From a virus (taxonomy: Duplodnaviria > Caudoviricetes), in IMG/VR virus record IMGVR_UViG_3300027896_000047, positions 1 through 59,237 of that record: a stretch of 59,237 bases of DNA; one strand, written 5' to 3'. A program made the position numbers and the translations under genes. The notes under the pieces were generated by a model. That model had not been told where the DNA came from. It worked only from the letters and a program-made list of their open reading frames with translations, and did not search any database. Shown piece by piece: positions 27,425 through 38,966 of this stretch. Numbering within the stretch: the first letter of the stretch is position 1; each line of letters starts with the position of its first letter.

Positions 27425-28195
27425 ATGTTTCAAAAATTCTTAATATTGTTATTTTGTTTTCTTCTGTTCATGGTAGGGTACTCGTACGCTGGGCCTCTTG
27501 AAGATTGTGCTGAATATACGGTTGTAGGCGTTCCAAGTGTAGAAGGAACTTTACTTTGTCGAAAAGGATACCTTTTAGCACATAATTCAGATAACAAAAC
27601 GCCTAATTGGGTGATCGAACATCTTACTTTTGAAAAAGTAAGTAGCAAAGAAGCAAAAAGATCCAATAATTTTGCACCAGATCCTGATCTTACGAAAGGT
27701 GAAAGAGCTGAACTAAATGATTATAGAAATAGTGGCTTTGATAAGGGCCATATGGCCCCATCTGCTGATATGGAATGGGATCAACAAGCAATGAATGAAT
27801 GCTTTTACTTGAGCAATATGGTTCCTCAAGTAGGTAAAGGCATGAATCGTGATATATGGTCACATCTTGAAAGAATGATACGAGATTCAGCAATGCATAG
27901 AAAAGAACTGTATGTTATTACAGGTCCTATTTACCATGATACACCTCATCAAACTATCGGAAATGATAATGTATCAGTGCCAACACATTTATTTAAAATA
28001 GCGTATGATCCAAAAACGAAAGAAGCGATTGCCTTTATCATGCCAAATGCCTCACTTAATCTTATTGATATGCCTAAATACATAGTTACAATCAATGAAG
28101 TAGAACAAGAAACACATCTTATATTTCTAAGAACCCTTGATGAGGCGTCACAAATAAAAGTGAAAAATACAAAATCTGAAGCACTCTGGCAGTAG
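27425..28195 (+). CDS. Secreted DNA/RNA non-specific endonuclease (NucA/EndoG family)
   Basis: Signal peptide MFQKFLILLFCFLLFMVGYSYA; DKGHMAP active site, SNMVPQ, N...W..LE and VPTHLFK. Confidence 0.92.
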   Translation: MFQKFLILLFCFLLFMVGYSYAGPLEDCAEYTVVGVPSVEGTLLCRKGYLLAHNSDNKTPNWVIEHLTFEKVSSKEAKRSNNFAPDPDLTKGERAELNDYRNSGFDKGHMAPSADMEWDQQAMNECFYLSNMVPQVGKGMNRDIWSHLERMIRDSAMHRKELYVITGPIYHDTPHQTIGNDNVSVPTHLFKIAYDPKTKEAIAFIMPNASLNLIDMPKYIVTINEVEQETHLIFLRTLDEASQIKVKNTKSEALWQ

Positions 28196-28203
28196 GAGAA
28201 CAT

Positions 28204-29055
28204 ATGATATGCATTTATGATAGTACTACGTTTGACGGTGTTTGTGCTGCTGCTATAGTTAAAAGAAAATTTGCAAAAGTAAAATTATTACCTTTTAATG
28301 AAACTAATACACCACCATGGCAATTAATAAAAACAGATGCTGAATCATCTGTTTTTATTCTTGGATGTGCGTTTGATATGCAGATTATGAAACAATTGGT
28401 CGATTCAGCTAAAGTTACCTGGGCTGTACATCATAAAAATTTAATAGATGCTTCAGTAGCAATAGGTTTGATAGCATCAACTCATTTAACTAGTACTATA
28501 AAATCAACATGCCAACTTATATGGGAGCATTTATACCCATATGAAGAAGTACCTCCTGGCATTGAAGCTATAAGTGCTGATGCTGTACATAACGATTTGC
28601 ATCAAAGTAAAGAATATATTACAGGGTTATCTACTTATTGGGATTTAAAACCTTCAGATGATATATGGGGAAATTTACTTCACCCATCTTCTAAGTTATC
28701 GTATCAAGACGTAATAGAAAGAGGTAAGAACGTACTAGCATATAAACGAAATGAATTTGCAAGACAAGCTAACGTCGCATGTTTTTCAACATACTTCCAC
28801 GGTCATAGAGCTTTAGTTATTAATAGTCAGGATGTAGATATCGAAGTTTTTCAGAAAGCTGCATGTAATGATACTGCTCCTTTTACTTTATATATTGCAT
28901 TTGCATGGATGAAAGATGCATGGCATTGTACATTGTATCCATCATCGTCATCATGTTCTTTTGATGTAGGTGATATTGCAAAAGCATATAATGGTGAGGG
29001 TACTAAAGAGAAAGCTTCTTTCGCATGTGATGAAATACCTTTTGCATTGACATAA
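28204..29055 (+). CDS. DHH/DHHA1-family phosphoesterase homolog with degenerate motifs
   Basis: Layout IY....DG..AA.I...W..HHK...S.C.L.W..L...DV..IAK.Y.G.G....A.F matches phage DHH proteins, but DHH reads VHH and GGGH reads GEGT. Confidence 0.7.
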   Translation: MICIYDSTTFDGVCAAAIVKRKFAKVKLLPFNETNTPPWQLIKTDAESSVFILGCAFDMQIMKQLVDSAKVTWAVHHKNLIDASVAIGLIASTHLTSTIKSTCQLIWEHLYPYEEVPPGIEAISADAVHNDLHQSKEYITGLSTYWDLKPSDDIWGNLLHPSSKLSYQDVIERGKNVLAYKRNEFARQANVACFSTYFHGHRALVINSQDVDIEVFQKAACNDTAPFTLYIAFAWMKDAWHCTLYPSSSSCSFDVGDIAKAYNGEGTKEKASFACDEIPFALT

Positions 29056-29057
29056 TT

Positions 29058-29153
29058 ATGTTGATAGAATTTGTGATAGGTTGTATTATTTATGTAATTA
29101 TACCTATAATTCTTGCAATATGCGCTAATTATTCATTTAAAAATAGACGTTGA
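29058..29153 (+). CDS. 31-aa single-TM micropeptide
   Basis: MLIEFVIGCIIYVIIPIILAICANYSFKNRR fills the gap between two genes exactly; below the ORF-track cutoff. Confidence 0.45.
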   Translation: MLIEFVIGCIIYVIIPIILAICANYSFKNRR

Positions 29154-29155
29154 CT

Positions 29156-29515
29156 ATGCCAAAAAAATTATTGTTTTCAGTAAGTAAAAAAGATCTTGTA
29201 ATTACTTATTTTTCGGGGACTGGAGCCGGTGGACAACATCGTAACCGTCACATGTGCTGTTGTAGGATGACACATCCTGAATCTGGTGCTACTTCTACAG
29301 GTCAATCTAATAGAGAGATGCAGGCTAATTTAAAGGAAGCCTTTCAAACATTAATAAATTCACCAAAATTTAAAATCTGGCATACTCAAAAGACGCATGA
29401 AATACTCAGTGGTATAACAGTAGAAGAGGCTGTAAATGCACAACTTGTACCTGAGAATCTAAAAATCGAGTGTAAAGACGATGAGGGACGATGGGTGAAT
29501 TTTGTCGAATCTTAA
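29156..29515 (+). CDS. Stand-alone GGQ peptidyl-tRNA hydrolase domain (ArfB/PrfH-like)
   Basis: FSGTGAGGQHRNR...R.TH..SG......R....N...AF; about 120 aa with no stop-codon recognition domain. Confidence 0.85.
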   Translation: MPKKLLFSVSKKDLVITYFSGTGAGGQHRNRHMCCCRMTHPESGATSTGQSNREMQANLKEAFQTLINSPKFKIWHTQKTHEILSGITVEEAVNAQLVPENLKIECKDDEGRWVNFVES

Positions 29516-30170
29516 AAAATGTGTATCAGTCGAATATGATAACATTGGGCGTGTATATGTATTTGAAGACGGAACTAAATACCATTCAGTAACTACTATG
29601 TTAGGTGCTACTTCTGATAAAAGTGGCCTTGATAGATGGAGAAGAAGAGTTGGTAATGTAGAAGCTTTACGAGTCGGTAAAGTCGCTACACATATGGGGG
29701 AGCAGTTTCATTTACTTGGAGAGCATTTTTTGAAGGGTAAATTGACACAACCATCTGTTAACCCTATATCAAAACATATATTTAATAATACAACGAAAAG
29801 AATACTTGAAAAACATGTAACTAAAGTCATCTCGGTTGAAGAGGTGCTATACACAGATCGATTTAAATTAGCAGGTAGAGCAGATTCTATTTTAGAATGG
29901 GATAATGAGTTAGTTGTGTTTGATTTTAAATTATTAAATAATGATGATAAAAAATGGTTAACCGATTATTGGGTACAAACTACAATTTATGCACATTGTT
30001 GGGAGGAGATGTACGGTATATTACCTAAAAAATTAGTACTAGTTATTGGCAATAAAAAAACTTTTAGTTCAAAATACTATGTATCTAATATTAAACCTTA
30101 TATTTCTAAAATGCATTATAGAGTAACACATTTTAATGCTTTAATGGAGCATGGTTATGGAATCAACTAA
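29502..30170 (+). CDS. PD-(D/E)XK exonuclease (phage type)
   Basis: SVTTML, G..FH, E.......LAGRAD...FDFK and Q...YA motifs. Confidence 0.85.
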   Translation: MSNLKKCVSVEYDNIGRVYVFEDGTKYHSVTTMLGATSDKSGLDRWRRRVGNVEALRVGKVATHMGEQFHLLGEHFLKGKLTQPSVNPISKHIFNNTTKRILEKHVTKVISVEEVLYTDRFKLAGRADSILEWDNELVVFDFKLLNNDDKKWLTDYWVQTTIYAHCWEEMYGILPKKLVLVIGNKKTFSSKYYVSNIKPYISKMHYRVTHFNALMEHGYGIN

Positions 30171-30558
30171 AAGAGGTAAAAGAGAAGAAATACAGAATAT
30201 AATAGTCGATATTTCTGATGGGCAAGTACCGTGTAAAGGTATTGTTTTAAATGTCTCCCTTAAAGGTTTAGCAATAACTGATATTCCAAGTAAATTTATT
30301 GAGAAGGCGTGTGCAAAAAATGTGAAAAGGTTCACAGCTATTGTATCAAGTGACACGGATACAATTAGAATCACATTAATACCTAGATGGGCAAATAAAA
30401 AAGAGAAGAATAGTGTTTATGCAAATGCCGGTTTTGAAATAGCTAATGAACTGAGTAAGTGGCAGCATTTTGTTATGCATAGAACTTCAATAGTTCTTGA
30501 ATCAAACGAGGATGATTGTGTATGGGGGAAGAATAATACTAAATATTTAAGAGTTTAA
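30151..30558 (+). CDS. PilZ-domain protein
   Basis: KRGKR...VDISDG...NVSLKGL ((D/N)xSxxG) and later RW...GFEI beta-barrel pattern. Confidence 0.7.
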   Translation: MVMESTKRGKREEIQNIIVDISDGQVPCKGIVLNVSLKGLAITDIPSKFIEKACAKNVKRFTAIVSSDTDTIRITLIPRWANKKEKNSVYANAGFEIANELSKWQHFVMHRTSIVLESNEDDCVWGKNNTKYLRV

Positions 30559-30641
30559 AATCGTTTTAGCGTACCTGTAAAACATAAATAGAGTTTTAAG
30601 TAGTATTTATTAAAAATAAATTCAGAAGGATACGCTACACT

Positions 30642-30992
30642 ATGTCGATGTCTTGTGCATACCCAAACAAAAGTACTTCTCACGCTGCCGAACGTTCAGG
30701 AGTATTTGCCGAAGATTTAGCTGAATTCGATTTATCCCATTATTACACTGTAGCAATTGAAGAGGAACTTTGCTTATTTTTTGCAAGAGTATTTAATATT
30801 GACATATTACATAATCCATTAAATGCAAATGATGATAAAGGTAGATTTAAGGATGTTGATATGAATATTTTAGTGTATCAATGGGACGATATTCCTGTAT
30901 TACAATTCACTTTAGTTCCAGATAATGAATCATACAATTATGATATACATTGTGTACGAATGTATGTAGTTGACGAAGAATTTCAAAATTAA
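30642..30992 (+). CDS. Acidic hypothetical protein
   Basis: ORF track; preceded by TAAAACATAAATAG. Confidence 0.5.
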   Translation: MSMSCAYPNKSTSHAAERSGVFAEDLAEFDLSHYYTVAIEEELCLFFARVFNIDILHNPLNANDDKGRFKDVDMNILVYQWDDIPVLQFTLVPDNESYNYDIHCVRMYVVDEEFQN

Positions 30993-31017
30993 ATAAAGTT
31001 ATTTTAAGAGGTTACTT

Positions 31018-31914
31018 ATGTGTTCAATGAAAGCAGTTTTAATAGGAATAGACTCATATCCAATTGTAAATAAAGGGTGTGTAAATGATGTGCTTGCAAT
31101 GCGTGATATTTTACGCTTCAAGCATTCAGTAGTAGAACAAGATATTCGTCTACTTACAAATAAACGAGCTAACACGGACGCTATTCTAGAACGTTTAGAA
31201 TGGTTAATTGACTGTAGCAATACTCAAAAGACACAAAATCTTCTTTTTTATTTTAGTGGGAATGGTGCCCAAATCCCAAACAGAGATTACGCTGTCGATA
31301 TTGGTGTTAATACTTTTGATCAAGTGCTATGTCCTGTAAACTTTGATTGGGATTATAATCCCGGCATTACAGATAGTGATATTCAGAATATTATCAGTAA
31401 AAAGAATAAAAACTGTCGATTAGTGATGGTATTTGATTGTTCTTATGCAGGGGAAGTTTTCAGTTTTGGACAAAATCCAAGTGACGTTATTTTTAAATCA
31501 ACAACAAAAACAATTAGTACACCTGTTGATTTCTTGTCCAGAGTGTCTGGTTTCAATTCAAATACAATCGTTAATATTGTAACTTCTGGAGAGCGTTTTT
31601 GGGGGTTCGTAAACGAAGCAAACACTTCTGAAAAGCCTTCAATTACACCACGTCATAGTATAGATGTACCGAATACTATTCTTCTGGAAGCATGTTCCGA
31701 TTATCAGGTTGCAATTGATGCTGATTTTAAAACTCGGTATCAAGGTGCATTTAGTTATTGTCTTCAGAAATTCCTATATACACATCCTGAATTTTCAATG
31801 CGCGAAGTACAAGAAAGTACTGAAAGATATTTAAAATCATTTGGGTTCTCACAAACACCTGTATTCAACATAGCAAGAGAAACAAATGCTCGTCGATGTA
31901 TTATTACAAATTAA
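31018..31914 (+). CDS. Caspase-like (peptidase C14, metacaspase-type) protein, predicted catalytically inactive
   Basis: KAVLIGID.Y...KGCVND, L.W, FYFSG(N)G.Q, LCP.NFDW, FDC(S)YAG, AC...Q.A.DA, GAFSY.L and Q.P. The His/Cys dyad is replaced. Confidence 0.85.
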   Translation: MCSMKAVLIGIDSYPIVNKGCVNDVLAMRDILRFKHSVVEQDIRLLTNKRANTDAILERLEWLIDCSNTQKTQNLLFYFSGNGAQIPNRDYAVDIGVNTFDQVLCPVNFDWDYNPGITDSDIQNIISKKNKNCRLVMVFDCSYAGEVFSFGQNPSDVIFKSTTKTISTPVDFLSRVSGFNSNTIVNIVTSGERFWGFVNEANTSEKPSITPRHSIDVPNTILLEACSDYQVAIDADFKTRYQGAFSYCLQKFLYTHPEFSMREVQESTERYLKSFGFSQTPVFNIARETNARRCIITN

Positions 31915-31937
31915 TTTTGTTATTTTAAGGACTATGT

Positions 31938-32336
31938 ATGAAAGTTACTGTTGAATTCGTAGTTAATATAGGATGTATGACACGTCAAGGTACTGTCGAA
32001 ACAATCTCAAAATCATTAGGTGATTTTGTAAGTGATGAAAGTAGTACTGCTTATCAAAAGTTAGTTAAAAGTGTGTTACAATTATCTGAGGTCACTGACT
32101 ATACTGAAATTATTTGGGTTATGGTAGGTTTTATTTCTATACAACCGGGTACATATGTACCTTTAGTAATTATGACAGGCACGTTGGAATGGTTTCAATC
32201 GGTACAATATTTTAAAAAACTTGTTGGTAGTGAAGGAGTACTTATATCCGAGCCTGTTTCATGTGGATTTATTGATTATTCCAGGAATTTACGAGTTGAA
32301 TTAGAAAATGGTGTTATTCAATTAAGTTCCATCTAA
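31938..32336 (+). CDS. Hypothetical protein
   Basis: ORF track; AAGGA RBS. Confidence 0.5.
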   Translation: MKVTVEFVVNIGCMTRQGTVETISKSLGDFVSDESSTAYQKLVKSVLQLSEVTDYTEIIWVMVGFISIQPGTYVPLVIMTGTLEWFQSVQYFKKLVGSEGVLISEPVSCGFIDYSRNLRVELENGVIQLSSI

Positions 32337-32337
32337 C

Positions 32338-34950
32338 ATGTTTGATGATCATAGACACATAGGAGCACATAAAGTAGGTGAGGGGAGAAACATAGTAAAT
32401 GTAAGCTCCCCTTTCCATTACTCAAGAAGGTATATTCCTGATGATTTAGGAGAATTCCTTTTGATGTGTGATACAAATAAGTATTTCTCACTAATCGATA
32501 GTCAATTTCAATCGCCGGAAGGTGGTGTAGTTCCTGAAAATAGTTACATTAAAACTGATTTTAAATCAGGTTCTTGTAATGCATATGCTAGTTATATACG
32601 CCCAGCGGATAGTCCAACGGTTGGGTATATAATACAACCAATATTAGTAACCGGTTCTAGCACTACTTATTTTGCTAAATGTGATTTAGATACGATTTAT
32701 ATAGATCCTAATAACAATGCTGCTTTAAAAACAGTGACTACCGGGATCCCTCATAGTATGTCAGGGCATTTTGGATCATTTTATCCAGGACAAAGAGATG
32801 TTGTAGGGGATTATCAGATAGGGCAACTCACAACTGTTGGAGTTCCTTTATTAAATACTAATACTTACAGTGGTATAAATAGATTTATTACTGATGCTAA
32901 TACCGGTGCAGTTCCTTTGTTAGCATCGTATGTTGGTAGGTATCAGATTAGAGTTGGCACACAACTTGCTAATCGTTTATATAGCACATTTTCCGCAAAT
33001 TCAGCATTTCCTAGTAATTCCTGTCTCGCAACAAACTATAATATATATCCTGGAAATTCATACACAAAATATTCAAGACCTACTGAATTGCCTCCAGCAT
33101 CAGATGCTAGTATTTTGGCATATTCTTTATGTTATCCAACTAGTTTATTGGGTAATGCTACTCCTTTTCTTGTAGAATTATTCAAAGACCCTGTTAATTT
33201 CCTAGTTAACAATGGGGAATATGCTCGTCCGTTATGTAGAGGGTATCAAATTTATGGTATGGGTACATATTTTTCATACGTGTATACTGCCGCTAGTTTT
33301 GATATAGGACCATCGGCTCTAGGAGTGCTGCTTTCATATGTCCCTCAAAAAATGGACTTATATTTTACGAATTATACAGTAGCGACTGATAAAACTACTG
33401 TGTACTCATGTGGTATGTATGCTAATACTGATATGCTTTTTTGTGATGTATTGGATATTGGTGTTGGCGCATTAACAGCCGGTTTCCATTTTCAAGTTCT
33501 TAGAAGTCGAAGAGGCTCTTTAGTAATTAGATACATGCCAGTTAGTGATCATTATATCAATTTAGATATTGCTGGTGCAGACTCTCCTAAACTTATTGAA
33601 TCGACTGATTTATTTTATGTAAATAATGGTGCAAATCCTGAAGAATATAATTATTGTGATGGTTTTCTTTATGGAAAACAATATTTTAAATATAGTACTT
33701 TTACAAAAACATCCCCTTCCCCTGTAATTACTAATGGTGCTTGGTCACCTGGGGATCAAAGTACACTTCTTAGAGCTATTCGAGTAACTCTTGAAAAAGG
33801 GTTAATTCAACACGCATTTACAGCAGTTCCTAATCCTAATAATCCTGGTACATTAGTATGGAAATTTGATGACATTACTATTAATTCTTTATCTCAAGGA
33901 ATTGGGAGTCTTAATCAAGTAGTACTTACTTTTATGGACTCTAATACAGTACGGACCAAAATGGGTCCAGACAGAGGATTTTTATCATCATGTCAAGCTC
34001 CTTATGATACTGTTTTTTGTGATGGAGAAGCTGTAGGAATTCCAGTACTTATTGATAATTGTCTAATAATGGGATTAACAAGTTCTCAAGGTATTCTTGA
34101 TGATATATACGATGGTATTGTTGCACAAGTATCAACTGTATTGATAACTAATACAATAGGTAATGCCCCTATAAAAACTGGATCGTTTACCATTCCAATG
34201 CATAGTATCGTTTTAGTAAATACTGATGCGACAGCATTAAATGAAGCAGCAATTTCGTTTGAATCAGTGCATCTTGATCATGGTGTAAGTGGTTTAGATA
34301 TAGCAGTAACAGGAATGAATCCAGCAGCACGTATTTTAGCAGGAACTTCATTTATACAAGGAGGTACTACATACAAATATATTTTGTTTTCACAAATACT
34401 TACAATTGAGTATATGTATACTTTTGATGTTAAATTACAACCCGGCGATGCCATTGCGGCTGTATTTAATGATTTTCCTTTCGGGTCATGCACATCTACA
34501 TTTTCATCTGCTCAAGTTTCTGTAAATGCGGATTCATTTCTTATCCCTTTAATAATAAATAAGTTAGTCATTACAGGAAGTACTCCTACGTTATTACCAA
34601 TCCCTAGTAATGCTCCTCCTATTACACCTTCCTCTGTACTTACAAATACAGGTATTAATTCTTTTGTATTTAATATAAGTGCAATACCAGGATTAGTATT
34701 ACAAGATGGTAACGGTTTAACATTCCCAAAGATCTGTACTTATAATAATTATGTGTTTACACATTCAGCTAAATACATTATTATGTTGGATAACTTAGGT
34801 AATGAATTATATAGAGATCAACTTGCGTGTGTCAAATATCAATCAGCACAACATACGTATTTCGATAGATTTGATATATTAATCAAACAAGGTTATGGCG
34901 ATTATATAATCGATGCATATTTTAAATCTATTACACCTACTACACCTTAA
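32338..34950 (+). CDS. Large beta-rich protein, possibly a virion/baseplate component (870 aa)
   Basis: Thr/Ser/Tyr/Pro/Gly-rich with low charge; no enzyme motif recognised. Confidence 0.5.
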   Translation: MFDDHRHIGAHKVGEGRNIVNVSSPFHYSRRYIPDDLGEFLLMCDTNKYFSLIDSQFQSPEGGVVPENSYIKTDFKSGSCNAYASYIRPADSPTVGYIIQPILVTGSSTTYFAKCDLDTIYIDPNNNAALKTVTTGIPHSMSGHFGSFYPGQRDVVGDYQIGQLTTVGVPLLNTNTYSGINRFITDANTGAVPLLASYVGRYQIRVGTQLANRLYSTFSANSAFPSNSCLATNYNIYPGNSYTKYSRPTELPPASDASILAYSLCYPTSLLGNATPFLVELFKDPVNFLVNNGEYARPLCRGYQIYGMGTYFSYVYTAASFDIGPSALGVLLSYVPQKMDLYFTNYTVATDKTTVYSCGMYANTDMLFCDVLDIGVGALTAGFHFQVLRSRRGSLVIRYMPVSDHYINLDIAGADSPKLIESTDLFYVNNGANPEEYNYCDGFLYGKQYFKYSTFTKTSPSPVITNGAWSPGDQSTLLRAIRVTLEKGLIQHAFTAVPNPNNPGTLVWKFDDITINSLSQGIGSLNQVVLTFMDSNTVRTKMGPDRGFLSSCQAPYDTVFCDGEAVGIPVLIDNCLIMGLTSSQGILDDIYDGIVAQVSTVLITNTIGNAPIKTGSFTIPMHSIVLVNTDATALNEAAISFESVHLDHGVSGLDIAVTGMNPAARILAGTSFIQGGTTYKYILFSQILTIEYMYTFDVKLQPGDAIAAVFNDFPFGSCTSTFSSAQVSVNADSFLIPLIINKLVITGSTPTLLPIPSNAPPITPSSVLTNTGINSFVFNISAIPGLVLQDGNGLTFPKICTYNNYVFTHSAKYIIMLDNLGNELYRDQLACVKYQSAQHTYFDRFDILIKQGYGDYIIDAYFKSITPTTP

Positions 34951-34973
34951 ATATTTTAAAGGTATAAACATAA

Positions 34974-35828
34974 ATGAATATAATTGATATTAATACATGG
35001 CGTACATACATCTATGAGCAATTGGATACCTGTTCAGAAGTTTACGCAAGTTCAGCGATGTTAGGCGCATTTGTATTCAAGTCAAAGAGACTTGCTTCTG
35101 ATTCATTAGCATTGTGGAATACTAGTATGTTACAAGCAAAGACTATGTTTTCAAAGTTATCTCCTGATAAACAATTAGAGTTTTCAAGAAATGTAGTAAT
35201 TAAAATACCTTTTATTTTTAATCGACCTATTCCTTTGTCAGATATACTGACTCTTAACGATACGAGCGGAGGTTCTGCACATATATTAGGTTTCTTGTCC
35301 TGTACAAGACAAGCATTCCCAGTTTATAAAGATGTTGTAACGCATGTACGTATTTCAGAAAATTATATTAGAAGTATGTTTCAAAATGCTTTCAAGGCAC
35401 AATTTAGTGAATATGTGCATTTAATTAATGGAGAGTGTTATATTTCTGGTTCTTTATTAGCTTATCTATCATTGGATCAGCATTCATATTTAAAGCATAT
35501 AAATAATAGAGAAATTAATGAATTACAAATATATGATATTAATGGGGAGGGGTGGAATGCATGCATCCTTGAACGTGAAGGAAATAATTGGTGCTCATTT
35601 GTAATAAATGCTCGTAGAAGTGTATTAAAAGATTTCGATATCCATGCTAATTGTGTGTGTTCAAATATAGCAGCAGTGGCATCACAAGAATTAAATAGAA
35701 GAAATATAACAGGAGATCAAGTTACTCATTTAATTACTGTATTTGATGTACAAAAAACTTTAGATAGCTTACATGATTGTTTATGTGAAACTGAGACACT
35801 TGATGTATTAACTAATTTATTAGTGTAA
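34974..35828 (+). CDS. Hypothetical protein with weak thiolase/FabH-like pattern
   Basis: INGEC...L, GEGWNACILE and L.RRNIT.DQV.HLI are spaced as in KAS III; tentative. Confidence 0.35.
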   Translation: MNIIDINTWRTYIYEQLDTCSEVYASSAMLGAFVFKSKRLASDSLALWNTSMLQAKTMFSKLSPDKQLEFSRNVVIKIPFIFNRPIPLSDILTLNDTSGGSAHILGFLSCTRQAFPVYKDVVTHVRISENYIRSMFQNAFKAQFSEYVHLINGECYISGSLLAYLSLDQHSYLKHINNREINELQIYDINGEGWNACILEREGNNWCSFVINARRSVLKDFDIHANCVCSNIAAVASQELNRRNITGDQVTHLITVFDVQKTLDSLHDCLCETETLDVLTNLLV

Positions 35829-35835
35829 AAATAAC

Positions 35836-35864
35836 TTGCAAGTTTATTAAAAATTATGTATAGT
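35836..35864 (+). promoter_or_regulatory. Sigma70-like promoter of ligA
   Basis: TTGCAA-N17-TATAGT. Confidence 0.65.
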
Positions 35865-35903
35865 ATTGTACATAATAGATTAACTATACATTTTTTAATT
35901 TAA

Positions 35904-38460
<2,557 letters not shown>

Positions 38461-38484
38461 GTACTCGTTAAATTATGTTGTTAG

Positions 38485-38910
38485 TTATTTGATGGTCGCC
38501 TCAAAAAACATATGTCCTAAAGAATCAGTAAACATAGTTGCTTGTAGATGTTTTGTACCAGCTTTAACCGCATCATAATCTGATTGATTTGCAATCATCG
38601 GTTCCAAAATGTATGATGAAGATGCAGCATCAGTGTTATTAACAAATACAAGAATACCTTTTGCAGCACCGCCTCTTCGTGTACCAGTAACAACTGGTGT
38701 ACCTACAGTCGTGACAGTAGGGGCAAAATATTTAATGACCCCAACATCATCGGTTGCGATAGTAGCTGAAACCTCAAGAGTTCCTCCTTCTAATGAAAGA
38801 AACTGTGCATGAGTAACAGTGATAGGCTCTGCAATGTACATTGAAGTTTCAGCAGAGTCAGAACAAATAAGAGTAATGATTCCTTTTACGGGTCCGTTAT
38901 TTCTAGCCAT
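38485..38910 (-). CDS. Putative capsid decoration protein with two internal repeats
   Basis: GPVKGIITLICSD..S.YI.EP and GAAKGILVFVNNTD..SYILEP; located downstream of the capsid gene. Confidence 0.55.
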   Translation of the reverse strand: MARNNGPVKGIITLICSDSAETSMYIAEPITVTHAQFLSLEGGTLEVSATIATDDVGVIKYFAPTVTTVGTPVVTGTRRGGAAKGILVFVNNTDAASSSYILEPMIANQSDYDAVKAGTKHLQATMFTDSLGHMFFEATIK

Positions 38911-38966
38911 GATTTAAATACCTCTCTTTTATATTTATAGTTAGTTAAAATGTTATAATTTGTTGA

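Noticed and set aside
29502-30170. Cas4 / CRISPR-Cas locus
   Set aside because: No four-Cys Fe-S motif, no other cas genes and no repeat-spacer array seen; this is a generic phage PD-(D/E)XK nuclease.
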